Below, piece by piece: positions 29,865 through 39,607 of a stretch of 64,000 nucleotides of DNA. The DNA comes from Cyanobacteriota bacterium (GTDB lineage Bacteria; Cyanobacteriota; Cyanobacteriia; Cyanobacteriales; Nostocaceae). The position numbers and the translations under genes were made by a program. The stretch spans positions 64,001 through 128,000 of the forward strand of contig JBJOKS010000004.1 of assembly GCA_046045965.1 (NCBI GenBank), written 5' to 3'. The notes beneath the pieces are model-generated. The model did not search any database, was not told the origin of the DNA, and was given only the letters and a program-made list of their open reading frames with translations. Position 1 is the first letter of the stretch; every line of letters starts with the position of its first letter.

Positions 29865-31652
29865 CTACTTTGTAATTTTAATTTCATGAATGTTCCAGAA
29901 TAGACCACCCAGAGCAGAAAAGTTAATTCCTTCAAAACGGTTTCGTAATGCGGAGAGAGAATAGGAATTTACCAAGTAAATAAACGGTAAATTATCCTGT
30001 GTTAATCGTTGACTTTCGGCATAAATTTCTTTAACCTTTGCTTCATCAAATTCTTGTGCGCCTTGAATATAAAGTTGATGTATTTGCGCTTCCCAAGGTG
30101 CAATTTGCCAACCTTCTATTGGTTTTTGTCCTGGTTGGGGTTTTTGGTTAAACATATGTAAACCACCTTCAGGAGACCAGACATTTGCCCCATCATTTGG
30201 TTCTAAACCACCAGTCAAACCTAGCAAAGATGCTTCCCAATCTAAAGTATTAGAAAGTTTATCTAGAAAAGTATTCCATGCTAAAGGTGTGAAATCAACT
30301 TGGATACCAATTTTGCTCAAATCTTGTTTAATTTGTGATCCCATCGCTTCACGAATCTTGTTACCTGCATTGGTAAGTAAAGCAAACCTGACACGGTTTC
30401 CTTGAGCATCTTCTAGTTGATTTTGAGCATTGTATTTAAAACCAGCTTTGAGTAATAATTCCTTGGCTTTTTCAGGATTGTAATTATAAACTTTCAACCC
30501 TTTTTCTGGTGAAAGAAAATAAGGACTTTGGACAGAAATTGGTGAATCTTGTGTTTGTCCCAAACCACGAAAAGTATTATTAATCATGGTTTGTCTATCA
30601 ATTGCATAAGCTATAGCTTGACGAAATTCAACACTATTAAACCAACGGGATTTAATAGGATCTACAAGAGGTTTACCGTTTCTTTTACCTTTATTTAAAT
30701 TGAAAGAAACAAAACTTGTACTTGATGATGGTCCACCATTATAAATTTTAAAATTACCTTGTTTTTCCTGAACCTTTAGCAAAGAAAAATAATCAGGTGT
30801 CACCCCTACAGAGTCTAAACCACCAGAACGAAATTGTAGTAAAGCAGTGTCTGTGGATTCAACAATTTGCCAAACAATACGCTCAATATAAGGTTGGGGT
30901 TTACCTTGAGCATCTTTACGCCAATAATAGGGGTTACGACGAAAAATTATCCGTTGACTGGTATCGTAACGTTCGAGTTTATAAGGACCATTGACAATAA
31001 TTTGTTCAGGTGGAGTATCCACACCCCACATTGTCAGAAACTTTGGTTTCCCATCTTGATCTTTAGTTTTTACCGATTCTCGTAACACATGAGCAGGTAA
31101 AATAGCAGCACCAGCATTTTGTAAAAAAGGTCTAAAAGGTTCAGGTACGCTAAATTCTACCCGTCTATTATCAACTTTTCTCACAGTAGGAAGTTTGCGA
31201 TCTTTACCAATTCTCAAAATATCTCTCAGATCCGTAGGTATGTCTTCATTTAGATAAATATCGTTATAAGTAAATACGACATCATCTACTGTTAAAGGTT
31301 GACCATCTGACCATTTTAAATTATCGCGTAGTGTGAATGTAATTTTTAATTTATCTGCTGAAACTTCCCAGGATTCTGCTAAAATTGGCTCAAGTTCACC
31401 CGTAATAGGATTTTGGCTAATTAGTCCCTCATAAGTATAACCGAAAATATTAGGAGATTCGGAACTGAGAGCATAGTTAAATGTTTTGGGATCACTGAGA
31501 ATACTAGTTACTAATTGCGGTACTTGCTGACTTGCATTACTTTTGAAATTACTGGGATTACAACCTGTGATTGATAATGCTGTAAAAGAAAGGAGAGTGA
31601 TGAGTAATAAAAAGCGTTTGGTGTGATTGAGAATGTTTTTATTAAATGCCAT
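29865..31652 (-). CDS. ABC transporter substrate-binding lipoprotein (peptide/nickel family 5)
   Basis: Lipobox ITGC, DPKTFN, LAESWE, WSDGQPLTVDDVVFT, GPYKL. Confidence 0.92.
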   Translation of the reverse strand: MAFNKNILNHTKRFLLLITLLSFTALSITGCNPSNFKSNASQQVPQLVTSILSDPKTFNYALSSESPNIFGYTYEGLISQNPITGELEPILAESWEVSADKLKITFTLRDNLKWSDGQPLTVDDVVFTYNDIYLNEDIPTDLRDILRIGKDRKLPTVRKVDNRRVEFSVPEPFRPFLQNAGAAILPAHVLRESVKTKDQDGKPKFLTMWGVDTPPEQIIVNGPYKLERYDTSQRIIFRRNPYYWRKDAQGKPQPYIERIVWQIVESTDTALLQFRSGGLDSVGVTPDYFSLLKVQEKQGNFKIYNGGPSSSTSFVSFNLNKGKRNGKPLVDPIKSRWFNSVEFRQAIAYAIDRQTMINNTFRGLGQTQDSPISVQSPYFLSPEKGLKVYNYNPEKAKELLLKAGFKYNAQNQLEDAQGNRVRFALLTNAGNKIREAMGSQIKQDLSKIGIQVDFTPLAWNTFLDKLSNTLDWEASLLGLTGGLEPNDGANVWSPEGGLHMFNQKPQPGQKPIEGWQIAPWEAQIHQLYIQGAQEFDEAKVKEIYAESQRLTQDNLPFIYLVNSYSLSALRNRFEGINFSALGGLFWNIHEIKITK

Positions 31653-31676
31653 AATTTCACTAAAAATAAATATTAT

Positions 31677-31927
31677 TTAGGTTGATGAACGAGAATTATT
31701 AAACCAGTCCAGAAAATGCTGTGTCATTTTTTTAGTTCCATATCTCTTTTAAAATTAAGTTTTTCCTGCTTTTCTAATTTATAAACTGTAACTGCTTCTA
31801 TATAACAAATATGGGGTATAAATATTTCTAAAGACTTAGGTGGATTATACAGCAAATTATCCGCTCGTGCATCCTGTCCTTTAGCAATAGATATTAAAAA
31901 GTTAGTTTCCATATAAACTATGGTCAT
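31677..31927 (-). pseudogene. Truncated PIN-domain protein
   Basis: IVYMETNFL (PIN beta1 motif) and IPHICYIE, stop after 67 aa at an A-run; short out-of-frame tail TQHFLDWFNN. Confidence 0.6.
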
Positions 31928-31965
31928 TTTTATATTCCTGGTACTGGTAATTAAATATAAATTAT

Positions 31966-32517
31966 CTACTCTTCTTCATAGTTTTGTGAATATGTTTCTC
32001 CATTTTTTAGCTTTGCTAATAAACCTATTTTTCCTAATTCTTCAGAGGCAGGTGGTATTTCTGATTTCCAGTGATAATTCAAATCTCTTAACCAAGAGAT
32101 CATGAGAGTTTTCAAATAGAATTGAAATATTTTTTTATCGCAAAATTCTGAATCATAATGGCTGATAATTTTTCCTGTATTTAATGATATTTCTAGTTTG
32201 CGAAATACACCATTAGTAGATTTAAAAATATTGATTTCTGTTAAATTTGCTGATATAGCAAATCTAGGGTTTTCCTGAGAGTTTTGTAAATATAGGTTAA
32301 TGACTTTTGATAAATTATTTTCATGATTTTCTAGATTTTCTTGGATGTTGACATTTGCTAATAATGCAATTTGCTGATTTTGATCTAAAACAATAATATC
32401 TGGAGAATGTAGTTGAAATAAACTTTCTATTTTTTCTGGTGAATTAACTTGATTATTCCAAATATTAGAAATTAGTCTGATTTTAACTAATTCTTCTGGT
32501 TTATCTAAGCTAAACAT
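31966..32517 (-). CDS. Hypothetical protein with a degenerate PD-(D/E)XK-like motif
   Basis: AT-rich 183-aa ORF; PDIIVLD...ALLANV resembles a restriction-endonuclease-like core without the ExK. Confidence 0.55.
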   Translation of the reverse strand: MFSLDKPEELVKIRLISNIWNNQVNSPEKIESLFQLHSPDIIVLDQNQQIALLANVNIQENLENHENNLSKVINLYLQNSQENPRFAISANLTEINIFKSTNGVFRKLEISLNTGKIISHYDSEFCDKKIFQFYLKTLMISWLRDLNYHWKSEIPPASEELGKIGLLAKLKNGETYSQNYEEE

Positions 32518-32532
32518 TTTTCCATTCTCCTA

Positions 32533-33015
32533 TTAATCACCTGTTACCAACAAAACCACAGCATAAGCACAAATCCCTTCTTCTCTGCCAGTTGGTCCCA
32601 ATTTTTCATTAGTTGTAGCTTTGACACCAACTTGATTAGATTCTAATTCTAAAACCGCTGCTAATTTATCCCGCATTGTAACGATATGGGGTTTTAATTT
32701 GGGACGTTCTGCAACAACGACAGAATCAATATTGCCGATTTTCCAACCTTGGTCACGAATTAACTGATTAACTTGTTTTAATAATACAAGACTATCAGCC
32801 CCTTTCCATTGGGGATCACTGGGGGGGAAGTAATGGCCAATATCCCCTAAAGATAATGCTCCCAGCATAGCGTCCATGATGGCGTGAGTGAGAACATCAG
32901 CATCACTGTGTCCTAACAAACCGAGTTCATGGGGAATGTGAACACCGCCTAAAATTAAATTGCGATCGCTCACCAATCTGTGAATATCGTAGCCGTTACC
33001 AATTCTGATGTTCAT
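32533..33015 (-). CDS. ispF: 2-C-methyl-D-erythritol 2,4-cyclodiphosphate synthase
   Basis: [18 protein letters not shown] and KATTNEKLG motifs. Confidence 0.97.
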   Translation of the reverse strand: MNIRIGNGYDIHRLVSDRNLILGGVHIPHELGLLGHSDADVLTHAIMDAMLGALSLGDIGHYFPPSDPQWKGADSLVLLKQVNQLIRDQGWKIGNIDSVVVAERPKLKPHIVTMRDKLAAVLELESNQVGVKATTNEKLGPTGREEGICAYAVVLLVTGD

Positions 33016-33023
33016 AAAAAATA

Positions 33024-33152
33024 GAAGTTCAGGAGTTCAGAAGTTCAGAAGTTCAGGAGTTCAGGAGTCAGAAGGTAAATATTTCTCCCCAGTCACCAGT
33101 CACCAGTCACCAGTCACCAGTCCCTAGTCCCCAGTCCCTAGTCCCCAGTCCC
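33024..33152. repeat. STRR arrays (GAAGTTCA/GGAGTTCA 8-mers; CCAGTCA/CCAGTCC 7-mers); the trmD stop codon lies inside the array
   Basis: Tandem repeats directly visible. Confidence 0.8.
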
Positions 33153-33842
33153 CTGTCTCTCTTGTTCCCATTTTTCCAGCAAATCGGGACGACGGGAAGC
33201 GGTGCGTTGAATTTGTTGTTGAAAACGCCAACGGGCAATTTCCGCATGATTACCACTTAGTAGCACATCTGGCACTTTCCAACCGCGAAAATCCGCTGGA
33301 CGGGTATACTGAGGAAAATCTAATAAACCTTCCTCAAAACTCTCTGCTTTGAGAGATTCTACCTTACCCACAGTTCCTGGGAGGAGACGCACCACCCCAT
33401 TAATTAAAGCCATCGCCGGAATTTCTCCACCAGTGAGAATAAAATCACCTAAAGAGACTTCACGAGTGATCAAATTCAAAACTCTGTCATCTACGCCTTC
33501 ATAATGACCACAAATCACCACCAATTGGTCATAATTAGCCGCTAATTCTCGCAGGAGGGGCTGATTTATCGTTTGACCTTGGGGACTCATCAAAATCACC
33601 TCTTGGCGCGGTAGAATCGGCAGCGACTCCACAGCAGCAAAAATTGGTTCAGGCTTCATCAGCATTCCCACACCCCCCCCGTAGGGTTCATCATCGACCT
33701 TACGATGCTTATCAGTGGTAAAATCCCTGGGATTAACCAGATTTACTTCAGCAATCTGCTTGGCTAGGGCTTTACCCAAAAGACCGGAACTGAGAACCGA
33801 GCTAAAACAATCAGGAAAAAGCGTAACTATATCAAAACGCAC
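33138..33842 (-). CDS. trmD: tRNA (guanine-N1)-methyltransferase
   Basis: VDDEPYGGGVGM, ICGHYEGVDDR, SLGDFILTGGE and VPDVLLSGNH motifs. Confidence 0.98.
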   Translation of the reverse strand: MRFDIVTLFPDCFSSVLSSGLLGKALAKQIAEVNLVNPRDFTTDKHRKVDDEPYGGGVGMLMKPEPIFAAVESLPILPRQEVILMSPQGQTINQPLLRELAANYDQLVVICGHYEGVDDRVLNLITREVSLGDFILTGGEIPAMALINGVVRLLPGTVGKVESLKAESFEEGLLDFPQYTRPADFRGWKVPDVLLSGNHAEIARWRFQQQIQRTASRRPDLLEKWEQERQGTGD

Positions 33843-34062
33843 AGTAATTCGTATTTAATGACACTAAGATGAGATTGGAACATTTAACGTAAATTGCCAA
33901 GGAGTTCAGGAGTCAGGAGAATGGCTTGCACCACGCTACGCTATCGAGGAGTCAGAATAATTTACTTTTTTCCCATTTTCCCATCACTCCATTTTTACCC
34001 CGCCCGTTAAATGTTCCCCAGAAGTCAAAGGCAGGTAAAACTGGAGATAAACTGGATCAACA

Positions 34063-34076
34063 GTATCTAAAATTAC
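34063..34076. promoter_or_regulatory. NtcA binding site upstream of cphB
   Basis: GTA-TCTAAAAT-TAC is a perfect GTA-N8-TAC; NtcA control of cphBA is established in Anabaena. Confidence 0.7.
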
Positions 34077-34556
34077 CAGAATTTTTGGCTTTTTGGTGGA
34101 AGCAAAAGTTTTTCTAATTACTTAATTTATGTTTAAATATTGTCACAACTAAATTTAAATTAATAATCCCACCAAAGTTAACAACTTCCAGGATGCATCA
34201 AGCCAGCCTCTGAAAAAGAGTGTCAAGACTTGCAAAGCCCCCCAACTTAAAGGGTGAACCTAGCCTTCAAGCACTATTTTATCTTGCCAGTCTGGAATAA
34301 GTAGATAGGTGAAAAACAAGGCACTGGCGATGAGGAACAGTAACGGACATGACAGAATTGAGGCTTCGTGTGCGTTTAAGGAGAAGTTGGAGAGACAAAT
34401 TTCGCCACTCCACACTGATCAAAAGAGTCCTCTCAAAGCAGCAAAGGGCGAAAATCAACAGGCTACTAAACCTTGTTAAATTCACACGCCATTCGCCACA
34501 AGCCGGGGGAACCGTCCAAGGCGATGGCTTCTGAAGTTGTTGACCAAAGAAACACA

Positions 34557-35420
34557 ATGCAGCAATTAAAAGCTAAATCGCTGGAAATGAGGACACCCCA
34601 AGCAACTAAAACCGCCGTTCTAGTTATCGGAGGCGCAGAAGACAAAGTTCACGGACGCGAAATCTTGCGGACTTTTGTTGCTCGTGCTGGTGCTAGCAAG
34701 GCATATATTACAATTGTTCCATCTGCCTCCCGCGAACCAGCCATCATTGGTGGTCGGTATATTCGCATTTTTGAAGAAATGGGTGCTGAAAAGGTTGAGA
34801 TTTTAGACATTCGCGAACGCGAACAATGCGAAAACTCTCAAATTAAAGCATCCTTAGAAGCCTGTACTGGGGTCTTTTTAACAGGAGGGGATCAATTACG
34901 CCTCTGTGGAGTTCTGTCAGATACACCAGCGATGGAAATTATCCGCCAGCGGGTGAGAGCAGGACAACTAACCCTAGCAGGGACCAGTGCAGGGGCGGCG
35001 GTGATGGGACATCACATGATTGCAGGTGGAGGTAGTGGGGAAACGCCCAATCGTTCCCTGGTTGATATGGCAACAGGCTTGGGATTTATTCCCGAAGTCA
35101 TTGTGGATCAGCACTTTCATAACCGCAATCGGATGGGAAGATTGATTAGTGCGATCGCCGCTCATCCAGATCGCCTTGGCATTGGCATTGATGAAGATAC
35201 CTGTGCTGTGTTTGAACGTGATGGTTGGTTGCAAGTCATGGGTAAAGGTAGCGTGACAATTGTTGATCCTACAGAACTCACCCATACCAATGAACCCCAT
35301 GTCAGTGCTAACGAACCCTTGACTGTACATAACTTACGTCTACATATCCTCAGCTACGGAGATCGCTTCCATCTTTACCAACGTACTGTTTTACCTGCTG
35401 TGCATCGGATCTCCAGCTGA
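34557..35420 (+). CDS. cphB: Cyanophycinase
   Basis: IGGAEDK, FLTGGDQ, catalytic GTSAGA, VDQHF, GIDEDT; start placed at MQQLKAK. Confidence 0.97.
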   Translation: MQQLKAKSLEMRTPQATKTAVLVIGGAEDKVHGREILRTFVARAGASKAYITIVPSASREPAIIGGRYIRIFEEMGAEKVEILDIREREQCENSQIKASLEACTGVFLTGGDQLRLCGVLSDTPAMEIIRQRVRAGQLTLAGTSAGAAVMGHHMIAGGGSGETPNRSLVDMATGLGFIPEVIVDQHFHNRNRMGRLISAIAAHPDRLGIGIDEDTCAVFERDGWLQVMGKGSVTIVDPTELTHTNEPHVSANEPLTVHNLRLHILSYGDRFHLYQRTVLPAVHRISS

Positions 35421-35429
35421 CGGGATAGA

Positions 35430-35443
35430 GTATCTGAGGTTAC
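35430..35443. promoter_or_regulatory. NtcA binding site between cphB and cphA
   Basis: GTA-TCTGAGGT-TAC is a perfect GTA-N8-TAC in the intergenic spacer. Confidence 0.6.
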
Positions 35444-35591
35444 ACTGTGTTGACCGCGCACCTATTTTCTGTGGCAAAAAAATTAGACACATACTATCTA
35501 AAAAGAAAAAACTGTTTGTCATGAACAGTTTAGCGGTCAATTTCAGTAAGAAACTAGAATTTTGGTTCCGAATCTCCATCTACCTATTCCC

Positions 35592-38294
35592 ATGAGAATC
35601 CTCAAGATCCAGACCTTACGCGGCCCAAACTACTGGAGCATTCGACGCCATAAACTAGTCGTCATGCGCCTAGATTTAGAAACTCTCGCTGAAACACCCT
35701 CAAATCAAATCCCTGGCTTTTATGAAGGATTAGTTGAGGCTCTGCCAAGTCTGGAGGGTCACTATTGTTCGCCGGGCTGTCGTGGCGGTTTTTTGATGCG
35801 TGTACGAGAAGGCACTATGATGGGTCATATCGTAGAACACGTAGCTTTAGAACTCCAGGAATTAGCTGGAATGCACGTAGGTTTTGGCCGCACCCGTGAG
35901 ACTGCCACACCTGGGGTTTACCAGGTAGTGATTGAGTACATAAATGAGGAAGCGGGACGTTATGCCGGACGTGCAGCGGTACGGCTGTGTCAAAGTATTG
36001 TTGATCGGGGCCGTTATCCCAAGGCAGAACTAGAGCAAGACATCCAAGACCTCAAAGACTTTTGGCGTGATGCTTCCCTTGGTCCTTCTACAGAAGCAAT
36101 TGTTAAAGAAGCAGAAAAAAGAGGCATTCCTTGGATGCCTTTAGCAGCACGTTTTCTGATTCAACTCGGCTATGGTGTCAATCAGAAGCGAATGCAGGCC
36201 ACAATGACCGATAACACAGGCATTCTCGGTGTAGAACTAGCTTGTGATAAAGAAGCCACTAAACGCATCCTCGCCGCCAATGGTGTACCAGTACCCAGAG
36301 GCACGGTGATCAACTTCTTGGATGATTTAGAAGAAGCCATTGATCATGTTGGTGGTTATCCCATAGTCATCAAGCCCCTAGATGGTAATCATGGGCGCGG
36401 TATCACCATTGATATCAGAAGTTGGGATGAAGCTGAAGCAGCATATCAAGCGGCCAGACAGGTTTCCCGTTCTATTATTGTGGAACGCTATTATGTCGGG
36501 CGTGACCATCGAGTATTAGTTGTTGATGGCAAGGTTGTCGCCGTCGCTGAACGAGTACCAGCTCATGTAGTTGGTAATGGTAGATCCACCATCGCTGAAC
36601 TGATTGAGGAAACTAACCAAGATCCCAATCGCGGTGAAGGTCATGATAACGTCCTTACCAAAATTGAACTAGACCGTACCAGCTACCAGCTATTAGAACG
36701 GCAAGGCTACACCATCAAAAGTGTACCTCCCAAGGGGACAATTTGTTATCTGCGGGCAACGGCTAACCTGAGTACAGGTGGGATCGCTGTAGACCGCACC
36801 GACGAAATTCACCCGGAAACCGTTTGGTTAGCACAACGAGTAGTCAAGATTATCGGTTTGGATATTGCCGGTCTGGATGTGGTTACTACGGATATTAGCC
36901 TTCCCTTGAGAGAAGTGGATGGTGTAATTGTAGAAGTTAACGCTGCCCCTGGTTTTCGGATGCACGTCGCCCCCAGTCAGGGTACTCCTCGCAACGTCGC
37001 CGGTGCAGTCATGGATATGCTGTTTCCCAATGAAAAACCCAGCAGCATTCCCATCCTCAGCATCACAGGCACTAATGGTAAAACTACTACAACTCGTCTG
37101 TTAGCACATATCTATAAGCAAACAGGTAAAGTTGTCGGTTATACCACAACTGATGGGACTTATATCGGTGATTTCTTGGTAGAAGCTGGAGATAATACCG
37201 GTCCCCAAAGCGCCCATGTTATCCTGCAAGACCCAACGGTAGAGGTGGCTGTATTAGAATCGGCACGTGGTGGTATTCTCCGTTCTGGTTTAGGCTTTGA
37301 GGCTGCTAATGTTGGTGTGGTGCTGAATGTGGCCGCAGATCATTTAGGCATTGGTGATATTGATACTATCGAGCAATTAGCTAACCTCAAAAGCGTAGTT
37401 GCAGAAGCTGTATTCCCTGATGGCTATGCTGTTCTTAATGCTGATGATCACCGTGTAGCCGCAATGGCAGAAAAAACAAAAGCCAATATTGCCTACTTTA
37501 CCATGAATCCCGACTCGGAACTGGTGCGAAACCATATCCAAAAGGGAGGAGTGGCAGCAGTATATGAAAATGGCTATCTGTCAATTGTCAAAGGTGATTG
37601 GACACACCGCATAGAAAGAGCAGAAAATATACCATTAACAATGGGCGGAAAAGCGCCATTTATGATTGCCAATGCTTTAGCCGCAAGTTTGGCAGCTTTT
37701 GTCCAAAATGTGACTATTGAACAAATTCGGGCTGGGTTAAGGACTTTCCGCGCTTCAGTTAGTCAAACTCCGGGCAGAATGAATTTGTTTAATTTGGGTA
37801 AATACCATGCTTTGGTAGATTATGCCCATAACCCTGCTAGTTACGAAGCTTTAGGTTCTTTTGTCCGCAATTGGACGACGGGACAGCGCATAGGAGTAGT
37901 AGGGGGACCTGGCGATCGCCGTGATGAAGATTTTGTCACTCTGGGTAAATTATCAGCAGATATCTTTGACTACATGATTGTCAAGGAAGATGATGACACT
38001 AGAGGAAGATTACGGGGTTCGGCTTCAGATTTGATTATTCAGGGTATTACCCAAGCCAAGCCTAATTCCCGTTTTGAATCAATTCTGGATGAAACCCAAG
38101 CCATTAATAAAGCCTTAGATATGGCTCCTGATGGTAGTCTAGTGGTAATTTTACCGGAAAGTGTGAGTCGCGCTATTCGGTTAATTAAGGTGCGGGGTGT
38201 ACAGGAAGAAATTCAGCCACAAAGTGCAAATACTACGATTAATGATTCCCAAAATGGGGTAGCACCTTCTTCTGTGGTTAATACCCTACTCTAA
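35592..38294 (+). CDS. cphA: Cyanophycin synthetase
   Basis: MRILKIQTLRGPNYWS, ATP-grasp VIKPLDGNHGRG, Mur-ligase ITGTNGKTTT, VDYAHN. Confidence 0.98.
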   Translation: MRILKIQTLRGPNYWSIRRHKLVVMRLDLETLAETPSNQIPGFYEGLVEALPSLEGHYCSPGCRGGFLMRVREGTMMGHIVEHVALELQELAGMHVGFGRTRETATPGVYQVVIEYINEEAGRYAGRAAVRLCQSIVDRGRYPKAELEQDIQDLKDFWRDASLGPSTEAIVKEAEKRGIPWMPLAARFLIQLGYGVNQKRMQATMTDNTGILGVELACDKEATKRILAANGVPVPRGTVINFLDDLEEAIDHVGGYPIVIKPLDGNHGRGITIDIRSWDEAEAAYQAARQVSRSIIVERYYVGRDHRVLVVDGKVVAVAERVPAHVVGNGRSTIAELIEETNQDPNRGEGHDNVLTKIELDRTSYQLLERQGYTIKSVPPKGTICYLRATANLSTGGIAVDRTDEIHPETVWLAQRVVKIIGLDIAGLDVVTTDISLPLREVDGVIVEVNAAPGFRMHVAPSQGTPRNVAGAVMDMLFPNEKPSSIPILSITGTNGKTTTTRLLAHIYKQTGKVVGYTTTDGTYIGDFLVEAGDNTGPQSAHVILQDPTVEVAVLESARGGILRSGLGFEAANVGVVLNVAADHLGIGDIDTIEQLANLKSVVAEAVFPDGYAVLNADDHRVAAMAEKTKANIAYFTMNPDSELVRNHIQKGGVAAVYENGYLSIVKGDWTHRIERAENIPLTMGGKAPFMIANALAASLAAFVQNVTIEQIRAGLRTFRASVSQTPGRMNLFNLGKYHALVDYAHNPASYEALGSFVRNWTTGQRIGVVGGPGDRRDEDFVTLGKLSADIFDYMIVKEDDDTRGRLRGSASDLIIQGITQAKPNSRFESILDETQAINKALDMAPDGSLVVILPESVSRAIRLIKVRGVQEEIQPQSANTTINDSQNGVAPSSVVNTLL

Positions 38295-38300
38295 TTTCCG

Positions 38301-38328
38301 GTAGGGATAATTTATCAATTGTCCCTAC
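38301..38328. repeat. GTAG-type palindrome directly after cphA (possible terminator)
   Basis: GTAGGGATAATT-tatc-AATTGTCCCTAC. Confidence 0.6.
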
Positions 38329-38463
38329 TGTTGATTTTTCTTGATGTTTTTGGTTCGTTAGGTCGTCGGTTTTTTTATTAGTTACTAACTAGGTTGGCGT
38401 TAAAAATTATCTTGATGGTATGCTTGGAGGAAAGAGGACGGTTAAGAACAAGATAATATTATT

Positions 38464-38763
38464 ATGAGGATTATTTCTACATCAAAACTAAAACAAGATG
38501 CTAATAAATATCCCGATTTAAAACAAATTATTGATAGTTGGTGTTTGGTAGTAAAAGGTGTTATCTGGAATCATTTAGAAGATGTTAAAAATGTTTACCC
38601 TAGCGCGGAAGCAGTGGGTAATTTTACAGTTTTTAATCTCAAAGGAAATAAATATCGTTTAATTGTGGGCATAGATTATATCAAACAAATTGTTTATTAT
38701 AAATATTTATTAACTCATGCAGAATATGATAAGGATAGGTGGAAAAATGATCCGTACTATTGA
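38464..38763 (+). CDS. higB: HigB family toxin (mRNA interferase)
   Basis: MRIIS...YPSAEAVGNFTVFNLKGNKYRLIV...LTHAEYDK. Confidence 0.92.
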   Translation: MRIISTSKLKQDANKYPDLKQIIDSWCLVVKGVIWNHLEDVKNVYPSAEAVGNFTVFNLKGNKYRLIVGIDYIKQIVYYKYLLTHAEYDKDRWKNDPYY

Positions 38764-39157
38764 TCGTAATGTTTATAGTCAACTCCTAGCTAAAGTTGCT
38801 CCTAAAATTATTGAAACTGAAGCAGAATATCAATCAGCATTACAAGAAGTTGAAAAGCTTTTATTTAACAAAAATCGAACCACCGAGGAAGATACTTTAT
38901 ATGATTTATTAGTGATGTTAGTAGAAAAATATGAAACCGAAAATCATTTTTTAGAACCTGCAAAACCTCTGCAAGTTCTACAACATTTGATGGAAGAAAG
39001 GGGAATGAATGAAGCAGATTTATTAAATATCTTAGGTCTTAAAGAAGGTGATCAGGAAATAGTAACCGCTATTCTCCAAGGTGATTGTAATATCAATGCA
39101 GAACAAGCTGAATCTTTAGGTAAATATTTTCATGTTCCGTCTAGTTTATTTGTTTGA
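38747..39157 (+). CDS. higA: HigA family antitoxin (HTH)
   Basis: PKIIETEAEY, LVEKYE, LQHLMEERG...LGKYFHVPSSLF; overlaps the higB end. Confidence 0.9.
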   Translation: MIRTIDRNVYSQLLAKVAPKIIETEAEYQSALQEVEKLLFNKNRTTEEDTLYDLLVMLVEKYETENHFLEPAKPLQVLQHLMEERGMNEADLLNILGLKEGDQEIVTAILQGDCNINAEQAESLGKYFHVPSSLFV

Positions 39158-39227
39158 TTATTGAAGGTGTACAATTAGACAATGAGTAAGTTTGTAAGTA
39201 ATGGTTGGTAAATTTATTTTGATATTT

Positions 39228-39605
39228 TCATTTTTTATCATATTTTCGTTGCCAGTAAGATTTACCAGCGCGAAATGCTGCTAAAGATAGAGATTTAGTT
39301 AATAATTTTTTCTGAGTATTTATTTCTGGTTGTTCTGATGCTGGTTCATTTCTGTCTTCAAAATCTGGTAACAATAAAATTACTATCAGAAACACACCTA
39401 TAATAATTGCAATAAACCCTTCTATTTTACCCCATGTAAACTTGATAAATAACTCGAACAATAGCATTATAAAGCCTGATATACCACGCCCTGTATAACC
39501 ATCGTCAAAATTATCCATGAAGTGAGGATAGTTAATTTCTAAAATACCGATTCCTATAAGTAGGAATGAAGGAATAATACATTTTATTCTTTCTATGATA
39601 GTCAT
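39228..39605 (-). CDS. Small multi-pass membrane protein
   Basis: About three hydrophobic segments; starts 2 nt after the stop of the upstream gene. Confidence 0.7.
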   Translation of the reverse strand: MTIIERIKCIIPSFLLIGIGILEINYPHFMDNFDDGYTGRGISGFIMLLFELFIKFTWGKIEGFIAIIIGVFLIVILLLPDFEDRNEPASEQPEINTQKKLLTKSLSLAAFRAGKSYWQRKYDKK

Positions 39606-39607
39606 TT

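Noticed and set aside
28965..31652. larB plus ABC binding protein as a nickel-pincer operon
   Set aside because: No larA, larC or larE is nearby, the binding-protein substrate cannot be read from sequence, and standalone larB/cpmA is common in cyanobacteria
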